Positions 1-8,883 of a stretch of 64,000 nucleotides of DNA are shown one piece after another. The translations under genes and the position numbers were made by a program. The notes beneath the pieces were generated by a model. It worked only from the letters and a program-made list of their open reading frames with translations, did no database searches and was not told where the DNA came from. The stretch comes from an uncultured Gemmatimonadaceae bacterium (GTDB lineage: Bacteria; Gemmatimonadota; Gemmatimonadetes; Gemmatimonadales; Gemmatimonadaceae), in contig CAVUDW010000003.1 in the NCBI GenBank assembly GCA_963740355.1, positions 1,152,001 through 1,216,000 of the forward strand, read 5' to 3'. Positions within the stretch are counted from its first letter, which is position 1. The number at the start of each line of letters is the position of its first letter.

Positions 1-194
1 CGGAGCTGGCTGGCGTCACTGCCGTCCGGTACCTCGGCGAGGAAGATGTGAGCGGACGGGGCATCGCGCGGCATGGCGCGCCGGTCGCACGCATCGTCTA
101 CCTGAACGCGACGGTCGGGAAGAACCCTCGCTGCATCCTGATTCATCTCACCAGCGAAGGGTTGATCACTGACTATGACGTCGTGGTTCGGTGA
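1..194 (+). CDS. 3' end of a protein entering from the left edge (unknown function)
   Basis: Open frame from nt 3 (ELAGVTAVRYLGEEDVSGRG...LITDYDVVVR) ending in TGA at 192-194, with GC-typical codon use. Confidence 0.6.
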   Translation, partial: ELAGVTAVRYLGEEDVSGRGIARHGAPVARIVYLNATVGKNPRCILIHLTSEGLITDYDVVVR

Positions 195-342
195 CGTCGC
201 GATCGCGGTCTCTGCTGGATACCACTTTTGAACCGCCGATCCGCCTCCATACGCTCCACGAGGTTCGTTTTGCCAACGACTGGTGCGCGCTTCAGACTCG
301 GCCTCGCACAGCCGTGTCGCTGCCTCTAGCAAAATGCCTAGA

Positions 343-380
343 ACGACGAAGCCCGGCCATTTTCGGCCGGGCTTCGTCGT
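343..380 (-). terminator. Hairpin downstream of tRNA-Gly
   Basis: Perfect 16-bp inverted repeat ACGACGAAGCCCGGCC / GGCCGGGCTTCGTCGT with a 6-nt loop. Confidence 0.7.
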
Positions 381-405
381 GCATAGTCGTGGTCCTGCAA
401 CACAG

Positions 406-478
406 AGCGGGAGACGGGACTCGAACCCGCGACATCAAGCTTGGAAGGCTAGCGCTCTACCAACTGAGCTACTCCCGC
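406..478 (-). tRNA. tRNA-Gly (TCC), CCA not encoded
   Basis: Reverse complement GCGGGAGTAGCTCAGTTGGTAGAGCGCTAGCCTTCCAAGCTTGATGTCGCGGGTTCGAGTCCCGTCTCCCGCT folds as a cloverleaf with anticodon TCC. Confidence 0.97.
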
Positions 479-486
479 GTCCCTGA

Positions 487-515
487 AGCCTACCCGGCCC
501 TGCCCCCCCGGACAA
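487..515 (-). promoter_or_regulatory. Putative sigma-70 promoter of tRNA-Gly
   Basis: Minus strand TTGTCC-N17-TAGGCT, 8 nt upstream of the tRNA 5' end. Confidence 0.6.
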
Positions 516-585
516 GCGGGGACGAGGGTCGGGCGGCGTTCTCAGGATCCGACCGGGCGTGCCGCGGATCTGTCGAGGGCCAGCC

Positions 586-1125
586 TTACTTCTTGGGCGG
601 CATCAGCACCGTGTCGATGACGTGAATCACGCCATTCGAGGCGGTGATGTCAGCCGAGGTCACCGTCGTGGTGCCGTTCAGCATGACCTTGCCCTCGACC
701 ACCTTGATTCCGACCTTGCCGCCTTCCAGCGTCTCGGCTTCCGTCATGGTGGACACCTGTGACGACGGCACATTGCCAGCGATCACGTGATACTTGAGCA
801 CACGGGCCAGCTCGTCCTTGTTGGCGAGCAAGGCGTCGAGATCCTTCTTCGGGATCTTGGCGAATGCGGCATCGCTGGGGGCGAGGACCGTGTACGGACC
901 AGGGCCCTTCAGCGTCTCGGTCAGGCCTGCAATCTCCAGCGCCCGCTCGAGGGTCGTGAAGGTACCGGAGACGGACGCGGTCTCGATGATGTCCTTGGCG
1001 CCCGTCGTGGCCATCGCGGGCGCGGCGACCGATGCCGTGTCCATGGCTGCGGCATCGTCCTTCTTCGCATTCGAGCAAGCGGCGAGGATGGCGAGCGTTG
1101 CGGCTCCAATTGTGCGATTCATCAT
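586..1125 (-). CDS. Fasciclin (FAS1) domain lipoprotein
   Basis: Lipobox LAAC; FAS1 motifs GPYTVLAPSDAAF, LKYHVI, ASNGVIHVIDTVLMP. Confidence 0.92.
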   Translation of the reverse strand: MMNRTIGAATLAILAACSNAKKDDAAAMDTASVAAPAMATTGAKDIIETASVSGTFTTLERALEIAGLTETLKGPGPYTVLAPSDAAFAKIPKKDLDALLANKDELARVLKYHVIAGNVPSSQVSTMTEAETLEGGKVGIKVVEGKVMLNGTTTVTSADITASNGVIHVIDTVLMPPKK

Positions 1126-1571
1126 GAAGTTCTCCGGAATTGATGTGAACAGAATGCGCGAGGGTGCCGCCGAGTCAGCGAGAGCCCCGCTTGCCAGGCG
1201 CTGAACCGGGGTCGTGATCGATTGCACGGCATACGTTCGCGGCAATCGAGGCGATGGATGCACCATCAGCACACGCGCATCAGTCGATGCGCCGGGCGCG
1301 TTGCACGATCTCGTCGGCTCCGCCCTTCACACAGCAAGCTTGCAAGCACCGGGCCAGTCACGGCGTGCTGAGCAGGAGATATCAGTGAAATATCCCTCGC
1401 TCAGCGTAACGTTTATATGCTATTCTTCATCTGTTGACCTCAGTGCTCCATCATCACGTATACGAGCACACAGATGGAACAAATGGATCGGCGGTCGCTT
1501 TATACCAGTGGCATCCCATGACAGCGGCGCGTTCGTACCAGCCGCGAACAGCGCGGTTCTCCGGAGGCTCG

Positions 1572-2342
1572 ATGCGCACCTCGGATCTGCTTTTCCATGC
1601 GACGCAAACATGGCTGCGCCGCGCCACAATTCGCGCCGGTTCCCTTGCGATCGCGGCCGGCGTTTTCACCAGCGTCGGTCCCACGGTCGCCCTCGCCCAG
1701 TCGCGGCAGCTCACCGGGTCGGTTCACGACGATCGCGGGCAGCCAGTCTCCGGCGTGCGCATCATGGTCCGTGGCCACCCGAAGGCCGCCGTCACTGACG
1801 TGCAGGGCAACTTCCGCGTGCCAGACGTTCCAACCGGTCTCACGTTCGTCGCCGCGCGAGGCGACGGGGTGTTGCCGGCCGTCGAGTTGATCCGCCTCTC
1901 AGCGCAGGACTCGCTCGACTTCGTGCTGGAGCGAGTCATCGGAGATCGAGATTCGTCGGAGACTCAGCGAGCCGAGCGAGAGTGGACGCGCACGGTCGAG
2001 CGCTACACCGCCATCGCCAATGCGGCGCGCACGGCCGCCGTGATCACGGACCGGGACATCGCCGAGCGTTCACCGTCGTCCACGGCCGACCTGTTTCGGC
2101 AGCTCGTCGGCTTTCGAGTCGTTGGTGCCGGCGCCGGCGCGTTCATCACGACGCGCAGCGGTGATTGCGCACCGAACGTCTTCATCGACGGGCAGGAGCA
2201 GGTCCGCTTCAACATCAACGAGATTCGCCCCACCTCGATCAAGGTGATGCTGGCGTACAACGGCTACGCCATCGTGCCGGCGGCGCTTCGCTCGCTGCGC
2301 GTCGATGGGCGATGTGGCGTGGTCTCGATCGTCACACGCTAG
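1572..2342 (+). CDS. Secreted carboxypeptidase-regulatory-like domain + TonB plug-like domain protein (no barrel)
   Basis: GGAGG RBS; LTGSVHDDRGQPVSGV...TDVQGNF; plug-like segment CAPNVFIDG...CGVVSIVTR. Confidence 0.75.
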   Translation: MRTSDLLFHATQTWLRRATIRAGSLAIAAGVFTSVGPTVALAQSRQLTGSVHDDRGQPVSGVRIMVRGHPKAAVTDVQGNFRVPDVPTGLTFVAARGDGVLPAVELIRLSAQDSLDFVLERVIGDRDSSETQRAEREWTRTVERYTAIANAARTAAVITDRDIAERSPSSTADLFRQLVGFRVVGAGAGAFITTRSGDCAPNVFIDGQEQVRFNINEIRPTSIKVMLAYNGYAIVPAALRSLRVDGRCGVVSIVTR

Positions 2343-2361
2343 AAGCTCTTCATCTTACGCC

Positions 2362-2399
2362 AAAGGGGAGTGCCGCGATGAATCGCCGCACTCCCCTTT
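2362..2399. terminator. Bidirectional terminator-like hairpin between convergent genes
   Basis: AAAGGGGAGTGC / GCACTCCCCTTT inverted repeat. Confidence 0.7.
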
Positions 2400-2420
2400 C
2401 TCGTTGCACGGCCAGGCGGG

Positions 2421-3848
2421 CTATCGCTTCGTCGCCCTGCTGCTGGTACGGCCCTTTCCTGCGACGCTGACCAGTGTCCGGTAGATCATGTCGGTGCCCT
2501 GCTTCAGGGACTCGACACTCACGCGCTCGTCGTTTCCATGCATGCGACGCAACTCGTCGTTCGTGATCGGATAGGGATAGATGCCGTAGACTGGCACGCC
2601 ACGCGAACGCCAGGCGGCGGCATCGGTTCCCGCCTGAAAGAGGTATGGCGTCACTTCGGCAGTCGGCCACTGCACCTTCGACTCACGCGCCAGCGCCCGG
2701 TACAAGTCGGTGTCGACTGACGATGCGGCCGAACCGGCATTCGGTGACCCACCGGTGAACTTTACCGTGACGCGAGGATCGTTCACCAGCCGCTCGATCA
2801 GCTTCACCATCTCCTGCGGATCAGTACCAGGAATGAGGCGCAGATTGAGGGTCGCCTCGGCCGAACCGGGAATCACGTTGGAGCGGAAGCCGCCGGCGAT
2901 GATCACGGGCGCGATGGTGTTGCGCATGATCGCGTGCAACAACGGATCACGCGAGATCAGGCTGTCGGCACTGCGCTCTTCGGCTGGCGTGCCATCCACC
3001 AGCTGGCGGAACCATCGACTGGTGTCGCCAGTGCTGGTGGTGCCGAGCGTGCGGAAGAACTGGCGTGACTCCGGTGTGAGCTGCACCGGCGTTTCGTAGG
3101 CTGCGATGCGTGCGATGGCACCACCGAGTGACGCGATGGCGTTGTCGGCGAGCGGCATCGACGAGTGTGTCGAGGTGCCCGCCGCCGTGAGCACGATCTG
3201 CGCGACCGACTTGTCGGCGGTGGAGATGCTGACGTAGCGCACCTTGCCATCGTCGTTCTTGATGATCCACCCACCTTCGTTGAGCGCGAACTCGGCGTCC
3301 ATCGACGGCCAATGATCCTTCGCCAGCCACATCGTGTTCATCGGCGCACCCTCTTCATCGGCTTCCGCCATGAAGATCACGTCGCGCGCGAGTGGCACAT
3401 GCTGCTCGGCGAGGCGCAGCGCGGCCATCACGAAGACGGCCATGCCGCCCTTGAAGTCGATCGCGCCGCGTCCGTACACGTGGCCATCGCGAATGGTGCC
3501 CGCAAACGGGTCGAGCGTCCACTTCTCGCGCTCCACCCCGACCACATCCGAATGCGCTGCAAGCAGCACCGGCCGCTTGCTGCCATCGCCCTTCAGGCGG
3601 GCGATGAAGTGTACCTTCGCCGAGTCGGGCGTGGGAAAGATCTCGACCGTGAAACCGGCCGCCTTGAAACGTGTCGACAGCAGCTCCGCCAGCGCCTGCG
3701 TGCGCCCTGGCGGATTGCTGGTGTTGATGCGGATGATCTCGGACAGGAGCGCCGCGGTCGGGTCGACCGGCGCGGCCTGCGCCGGCAATTCACGAACGGA
3801 GAGAGCGACGAGGCTCGCGACTGCGAGGGAGCGCAGTGCGGATGTCAC
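2421..3848 (-). CDS. Secreted M20/M25/M40 family metallopeptidase
   Basis: AHSDVV, GRGAIDFKG, ADEE, HGNDER motifs; signal peptide. Confidence 0.92.
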   Translation of the reverse strand: MTSALRSLAVASLVALSVRELPAQAAPVDPTAALLSEIIRINTSNPPGRTQALAELLSTRFKAAGFTVEIFPTPDSAKVHFIARLKGDGSKRPVLLAAHSDVVGVEREKWTLDPFAGTIRDGHVYGRGAIDFKGGMAVFVMAALRLAEQHVPLARDVIFMAEADEEGAPMNTMWLAKDHWPSMDAEFALNEGGWIIKNDDGKVRYVSISTADKSVAQIVLTAAGTSTHSSMPLADNAIASLGGAIARIAAYETPVQLTPESRQFFRTLGTTSTGDTSRWFRQLVDGTPAEERSADSLISRDPLLHAIMRNTIAPVIIAGGFRSNVIPGSAEATLNLRLIPGTDPQEMVKLIERLVNDPRVTVKFTGGSPNAGSAASSVDTDLYRALARESKVQWPTAEVTPYLFQAGTDAAAWRSRGVPVYGIYPYPITNDELRRMHGNDERVSVESLKQGTDMIYRTLVSVAGKGRTSSRATKR

Positions 3849-5317
3849 TCAGCCACCACCCGTTTCACCAGCGTGCCAGCGGGAATCGTGGCGCCCGGTT
3901 CCATGGCGTTGATCAGCGCGAGCTCCGCAATCGGGATCACGGACGGGTATTGCTGGTTGAACTGCGTCAACGTCATGGCGCTGCGCAGCTGCACGATGCG
4001 CAGGTGCTGCACCTTGACGTTGAGCAGTCGCGCGTCGGTGACACGCTGAAACGAGCCGATCACATTGCGGAAGACGGCGTCGTAGGCCTGAATGCTGGCC
4101 GACGGAGTGATCGCCACCAGCTGGTAGGTCAGGCCATCCTGCTGGATGAACGCGACGTATCCAGCGAGGGTCGAGCCGTCCTGGTTCTGCGCGATGAACT
4201 GCCCGATGGCAGCTGTGTTGCCATTGATCGGGCTGGTGCTGGTCTGACCGGCCTTCACTCCCTGCTGCTGCAGAAAGGCTGACAGCGCCTGCTGCGGCGC
4301 GGTGTTCCCGGCAGTGGAGAGTGCGATCTGCGCGTCGCCCTGTGCACTCTGCCCAATCACCTGCTCGGCGCTGTTCTGCGTCTTCCAGCCGGTCGGGAAG
4401 TCGAAGCGGAACTTCAGTGTCGGATGGATGAACGAGGTCTGCTGCACGAAGTATCCCTGACGTGGATCTTCGCCGTACACCATGCCATCGATGCGACGCA
4501 GGAAGCTGTCGTGTTCCACCTTCGCGCCGGCGAAGGAGCGATTCGCCGCCGTGATGCGAGCGGTCGTCTTTGCGACACGATTGCCGGGATCCGGATGTGT
4601 CGACATCCACTCCGGTGTGCTGCGCGAGCTTGGGCCGCCCGAAATGCGCTCGAGGGTCTTGAACATCTCGGCCATTTCGCTCGGCGCGTAGCCGCCTGCC
4701 GTCATGTAGCGGAAGCCGAGGTCGTCGGCCTGCGTCTCGTCGTCGCGGCTGAACTTGAGGAACAGGACGCCCAGACCCTGCGATGCCGCTTGTCCGAACT
4801 GCTGCAGTTCCGGCTTCAGCACCATGGCACCGATCAGGCCGATCTGCAGGATCTGCTGCTTGGACATCTGACTGACCGAGTGCTTGGCGGTGACATGTCC
4901 CGTTTCGTGACCGAGCACCGAGACCAGCTGGGCCTCGGAGTTCATGTAGGTGAGGATGCCTCGCGACACGAAGACCGGGCCACCCGGCAGCGCGAATGCG
5001 TTCACGATAGGATCATCGACGACCGTGTAGCTCCATGGCAGGTCAGGGCGCTCCGATTTCCGCGCGATGGCCATGCCGAGACCAGACACGTACCGCTGAA
5101 TGGCCGAGTCCGGGTAAATGCCCATCTGCGAGGCAGCGGCTTTGGCTCCCTCCTGGCCCATGGCGATCTCCTGATCCTTGGAGACGAGGGAGAGTTCGCG
5201 GCGGCCGGTGGCCGGATTTGTGGCACAGGCGCTGACGAGCGCGCAGATCCCTGCTGTATAGGCGGCCCGCAGGGCGAACCGGCGAACGCAATGAGCGTTG
5301 GTGTGTCGTATGGGCAT
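3845..5317 (-). CDS. M48 family metalloprotease lipoprotein (YfgC/BepA-like)
   Basis: SACATNPATG lipobox, NAFALPGG, HETGH, FSRDDETQAD, STHP. Confidence 0.92.
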   Translation of the reverse strand: MPIRHTNAHCVRRFALRAAYTAGICALVSACATNPATGRRELSLVSKDQEIAMGQEGAKAAASQMGIYPDSAIQRYVSGLGMAIARKSERPDLPWSYTVVDDPIVNAFALPGGPVFVSRGILTYMNSEAQLVSVLGHETGHVTAKHSVSQMSKQQILQIGLIGAMVLKPELQQFGQAASQGLGVLFLKFSRDDETQADDLGFRYMTAGGYAPSEMAEMFKTLERISGGPSSRSTPEWMSTHPDPGNRVAKTTARITAANRSFAGAKVEHDSFLRRIDGMVYGEDPRQGYFVQQTSFIHPTLKFRFDFPTGWKTQNSAEQVIGQSAQGDAQIALSTAGNTAPQQALSAFLQQQGVKAGQTSTSPINGNTAAIGQFIAQNQDGSTLAGYVAFIQQDGLTYQLVAITPSASIQAYDAVFRNVIGSFQRVTDARLLNVKVQHLRIVQLRSAMTLTQFNQQYPSVIPIAELALINAMEPGATIPAGTLVKRVVAE

Positions 5318-5583
5318 GGTCAGGCGTGCGGAGGTAGCGTATCGCACCGGCGATGAAACCGGAGCGGGCGACGGGGCAGTTGAAGCTGCCCGTACCGGAA
5401 TCTGCGCCGGGGGGTGCGGCTTCGCGCCACTTTGGGCGAGCGGAACAGCAAAGTCGTCCGAAGGTCGAGCCCGTCTCAATCAGGCTATCGGTCGTCGCGG
5501 CGACGGCGCCACCTACGCAACGACCCGGCAATGGCCATGGCCTTCACCGGGTCGTGCTACGACGGAATTCGAGGCGACGGGAG

Positions 5584-6573
5584 CTACTTGGTCCAGATCC
5601 CGACCGTGCCGCAGGCGTTGCTTCCGGACCCCATGAGTTCCGGCGGGACACCGCCGATGCCGTTGTAGACCTCGACGCCGGCCAGGTCCTGCGGTGCCAC
5701 GAGGTCATCGACACTCGCACCCATCCGCGGGTTCACCTGAAATCCGTTCACGAACACGGCCATCCGACAGCCGCCTCGACCAGTCAGCACGCCGGAGCCG
5801 AAGGCGCTCCGGTTCACGCGCACGCCAGCCATCGCATAGAAGAGGTCCGATGTGCGGATCGGATTGCGCTGCCGGATTTCGTCCTCGGTCATGATCCTTC
5901 CCCATCCACTCTTCTTCTCGCTACGCTGCACGAAGCCCTGCAACCGGGACGATGCGCGCGTGGCGCGCACGACCACGAGCCCAAGGTTCTGTCCGGCGAA
6001 CTGCCGCACGACGATTCGCACGCGGCGTGACGCGCTATCCGTCAGGTCAGCTGTGAGGTAGGTGGGCGCATACCCAACTCGGCGGACGCGCACGATATGC
6101 CGACGCGCCGGGAGATCGCGAATCACGAACTGGCCGAGCGAATCGGTGCGTCCTTCCATCATCGCGGTCACGACGTCGATGTTCGCGTCGCGCACCGGCG
6201 TGCCGGCCGAGTCGACGACACTGCCGCGCAGTGTTCGTGGTTCACTGCGATCGCCGATCACCTCGACGCGCACGTCCGGCATGGTGTCTGCGGTCACGTT
6301 GGCCTGCATCTCGCCGAGCGTGACGCCGTCGCGGGCGAACTTGACGGTGACGCGTCCAAGCGGCACTGGCGTGAGACGGAAGCGGCCGCCGGTATCGGAG
6401 AGGGTACGGACATCGCGATAGGAGACCTCGACGCGCGCCAGCGGCAGGCCGGTCGAGTCGCGAATGGTTCCGCGCACGGTGGCGGCCTGTTGCTGTGCGG
6501 CAACCGGAAGCGCGGACAAGGCGCTCAACGCGACCAGCGCAAGCGTTGCAATAGGTGCAGAACGACGAAACAT
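5584..6573 (-). CDS. Two carboxypeptidase-regulatory-like domains + TonB plug-like domain protein (no barrel)
   Basis: Repeated GxxxDSxGxP..A motifs; C-terminal GVEVY...CGTVGIWTK. Confidence 0.75.
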   Translation of the reverse strand: MFRRSAPIATLALVALSALSALPVAAQQQAATVRGTIRDSTGLPLARVEVSYRDVRTLSDTGGRFRLTPVPLGRVTVKFARDGVTLGEMQANVTADTMPDVRVEVIGDRSEPRTLRGSVVDSAGTPVRDANIDVVTAMMEGRTDSLGQFVIRDLPARRHIVRVRRVGYAPTYLTADLTDSASRRVRIVVRQFAGQNLGLVVVRATRASSRLQGFVQRSEKKSGWGRIMTEDEIRQRNPIRTSDLFYAMAGVRVNRSAFGSGVLTGRGGCRMAVFVNGFQVNPRMGASVDDLVAPQDLAGVEVYNGIGGVPPELMGSGSNACGTVGIWTK

Positions 6574-6645
6574 GGCGGAACTCGCGTGTTGAAAGTTACG
6601 CCTTCTTATACCAGCACTCTGTCACCAAGGTCCGCATCGGCCGGC

Positions 6646-7710
6646 CTACTGCCAGCGGAAGATCCGGAGCGCGATGCTGAGGCAGACCACGAGATATCCA
6701 GCCAGCACGGCCAGCTGCGGCCACACCGTGCCAAAGCCGGCCCCCTGCAACATGATCGCGCGAAGGCCATTGACCAGCGCCGTAAGCGGCAGCGCCTGCA
6801 CCACCGGCTGAATCACCGCCGGGAAGTTGCTCGACGAGAAAAACACGCCGGAGAAGATCCACATCGGCAGCATGATGAAGTTCGTCAGACCGGACACGCC
6901 TTCGATCGTGCGCGATCGCGACGAGACCAGCAAGCCGATCGCGCCGAATGCCGCCGCGCCGACGAACGCGACTGCAATCAGCGTCGGCAGCGCGCCACGA
7001 ATCGGGACATCGAGCACCAGGACACCGAAGCCGAGCAGCACAGCAATCTCGAGGCCAAGAAAGACCAACCGCGAGAGCACGAACGAGAGGAGGTATTCCA
7101 GACGGGACATCGGTGTCGCGACGAGCCGCTTGAGCAGCTTCTTGTTGCGCGCACCGACGATCGCGAACGCAAGGCTCCAGATGCTGCTGCCCATGATGTT
7201 CATGGCGAGCAGGCCTGGCAGGAAGAAGTCGATGTACCGCGAGCCGCGTTCGCGGATGGTGACTTCCTTCACCGGCACCACATCGGTGCGACCACGCGCG
7301 CGCTGCAGCACATCGTCGGCCACCTGCCGCGCCGCTCGGCCTTCGGGACGCGCGGGATCGAAGCGGTACTCGACCCCACCACCGGGTTGCGGGACGACCA
7401 CCAGCGCGGCAGTTCCCGTGCGCAGCACGTCGTCGATGCTGTCGGCCGGGATGAGACGCGAGCGAAATGCCGCATCCTTGGCAGCGGCGGCCGTGGCGAA
7501 GGCCGCAAGGTTCTGCGTCGACGCAGAATCACTCGCCGTCGGCTTCACGACCGCGATGATCGCCTGCTCCGGCGCCTTGTCGCGGAATGCGATCGCGAGC
7601 CCGCCGGCCAGCAACAGCGGAAAGACGAAAGTCCAGAACACCGCTTCCGGCTCGCGGGTGAACTCGCGGAACCGGGCCATCGTCAACTGCTTCAGGGATG
7701 CGATGCGCAT
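6646..7710 (-). CDS. ABC-2 type transporter permease
   Basis: Multiple TM helices; YIDFFLPGLLAM, LKRLVATP, FSGVFF motifs; follows the ATPase gene. Confidence 0.9.
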   Translation of the reverse strand: MRIASLKQLTMARFREFTREPEAVFWTFVFPLLLAGGLAIAFRDKAPEQAIIAVVKPTASDSASTQNLAAFATAAAAKDAAFRSRLIPADSIDDVLRTGTAALVVVPQPGGGVEYRFDPARPEGRAARQVADDVLQRARGRTDVVPVKEVTIRERGSRYIDFFLPGLLAMNIMGSSIWSLAFAIVGARNKKLLKRLVATPMSRLEYLLSFVLSRLVFLGLEIAVLLGFGVLVLDVPIRGALPTLIAVAFVGAAAFGAIGLLVSSRSRTIEGVSGLTNFIMLPMWIFSGVFFSSSNFPAVIQPVVQALPLTALVNGLRAIMLQGAGFGTVWPQLAVLAGYLVVCLSIALRIFRWQ

Positions 7711-7712
7711 GA

Positions 7713-8669
7713 TCAGCCGTCCCGCAAGTCGCGGCCGGTGAGCGAGACGAACACGTCTTCGAGCGTCGCGCTGTGCGTACTCAGTTCCGTCCACTTCACA
7801 GCGCGCCGTTCGGCGACTTCGAGCAGCGCTGGGAGCGCGGCCTGCACGGAACCGACGCGCAGCTCATACCCAGTCGCTGTCTCGCGACCGCCAGTCACAT
7901 CGGGCATGTCGAGCAATTCCTGCAGTGGAATGGGGTGCACGGTCGAGAGGGTGTCGCCCACGCCGAGTCGGATCACATGCTCCGCACCCAGTGATGCGAT
8001 CAGCTGCTGCGGCGTGCCGAGCGCGATCACCTTGCCATGATCGACGATCGCGATGTTGTCGCAGAGTCGCTCCGCTTCGTCCATGTAGTGCGTGGTGAGC
8101 ACGATGGTGCGGCCTTCCTTCTTCAGTCCCTCGACGAGCGTCCAGAGCTGGCGGCGTGATTGCGGATCGAGGCCAGTGGTCGGCTCATCGAGAAACAGCA
8201 GCGTCGGGTCGCCGACCAGCGCGCAGGCCAGTGCCAGACGCTGCTTCTGTCCACCGGACAACCCACCGACGCGTGCCGCGCGCTTCTCGCCCAGCTGCAC
8301 CAGCTCGATCACGTCGTCCACCGAGCGGCCACGGTCGTAGAAGCTGCGGAACAGCGTCAGCGTCTCCACCACCGAGAGTTTTTCGGCAAGCTGCGTCTCC
8401 TGCAGCTGAATGCCGAGTTGTTCGCGCAACCAATTCGCATCCGTCTCCCAACTCCGACCGAGCACGCGAACAGTGCCGCCGTCCTGTGTGTTCAGGCCCT
8501 CGCAGATCTCGATGGTGGTCGTCTTGCCGGCGCCATTGGGGCCAAGCAGGCCGAAGCACTGCCCTGAGGCGACGCGCAGATCGAGCCCATTGACGGCGGT
8601 GACGTCACCGTAGGACTTCCGCAACCCGCTGACTTCGAGGGCGAGGGTCGGGGCTTCTGGCATGCTCAT
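7713..8669 (-). CDS. ABC transporter ATP-binding protein
   Basis: GPNGAGKT, LSGGQKQR, LLFLDEPT, TTHYM. Confidence 0.95.
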   Translation of the reverse strand: MSMPEAPTLALEVSGLRKSYGDVTAVNGLDLRVASGQCFGLLGPNGAGKTTTIEICEGLNTQDGGTVRVLGRSWETDANWLREQLGIQLQETQLAEKLSVVETLTLFRSFYDRGRSVDDVIELVQLGEKRAARVGGLSGGQKQRLALACALVGDPTLLFLDEPTTGLDPQSRRQLWTLVEGLKKEGRTIVLTTHYMDEAERLCDNIAIVDHGKVIALGTPQQLIASLGAEHVIRLGVGDTLSTVHPIPLQELLDMPDVTGGRETATGYELRVGSVQAALPALLEVAERRAVKWTELSTHSATLEDVFVSLTGRDLRDG

Positions 8670-8883
8670 CCGGGAAAGAGACTGTGTAAGCTATCGCCCT
8701 ACAACAGAGGCGACTACACAGACGCAGCCTTTCTGCTGCATCGCGCGTCGGCAGCAGGGCCGAGCGATAGTTGTGCCTGGCAGTCGAGACTTCGTCGAAT
8801 CGGGAAGCCGTCCGCGTTTTACCTGACAGTAGCTGCGTGGCAAAGTGGCATTCTTGCGGAGACACCTACCCCAAGGAGCTTCA

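Noticed and set aside
6097..8040. 647-aa plus-strand ORF, and similar long antisense ORFs (4424-5356, 19760-21064, 45979-47553, 52025-53425)
   Set aside because: Shadow frames opposite well-supported genes; expected in high-GC DNA and without recognisable motifs
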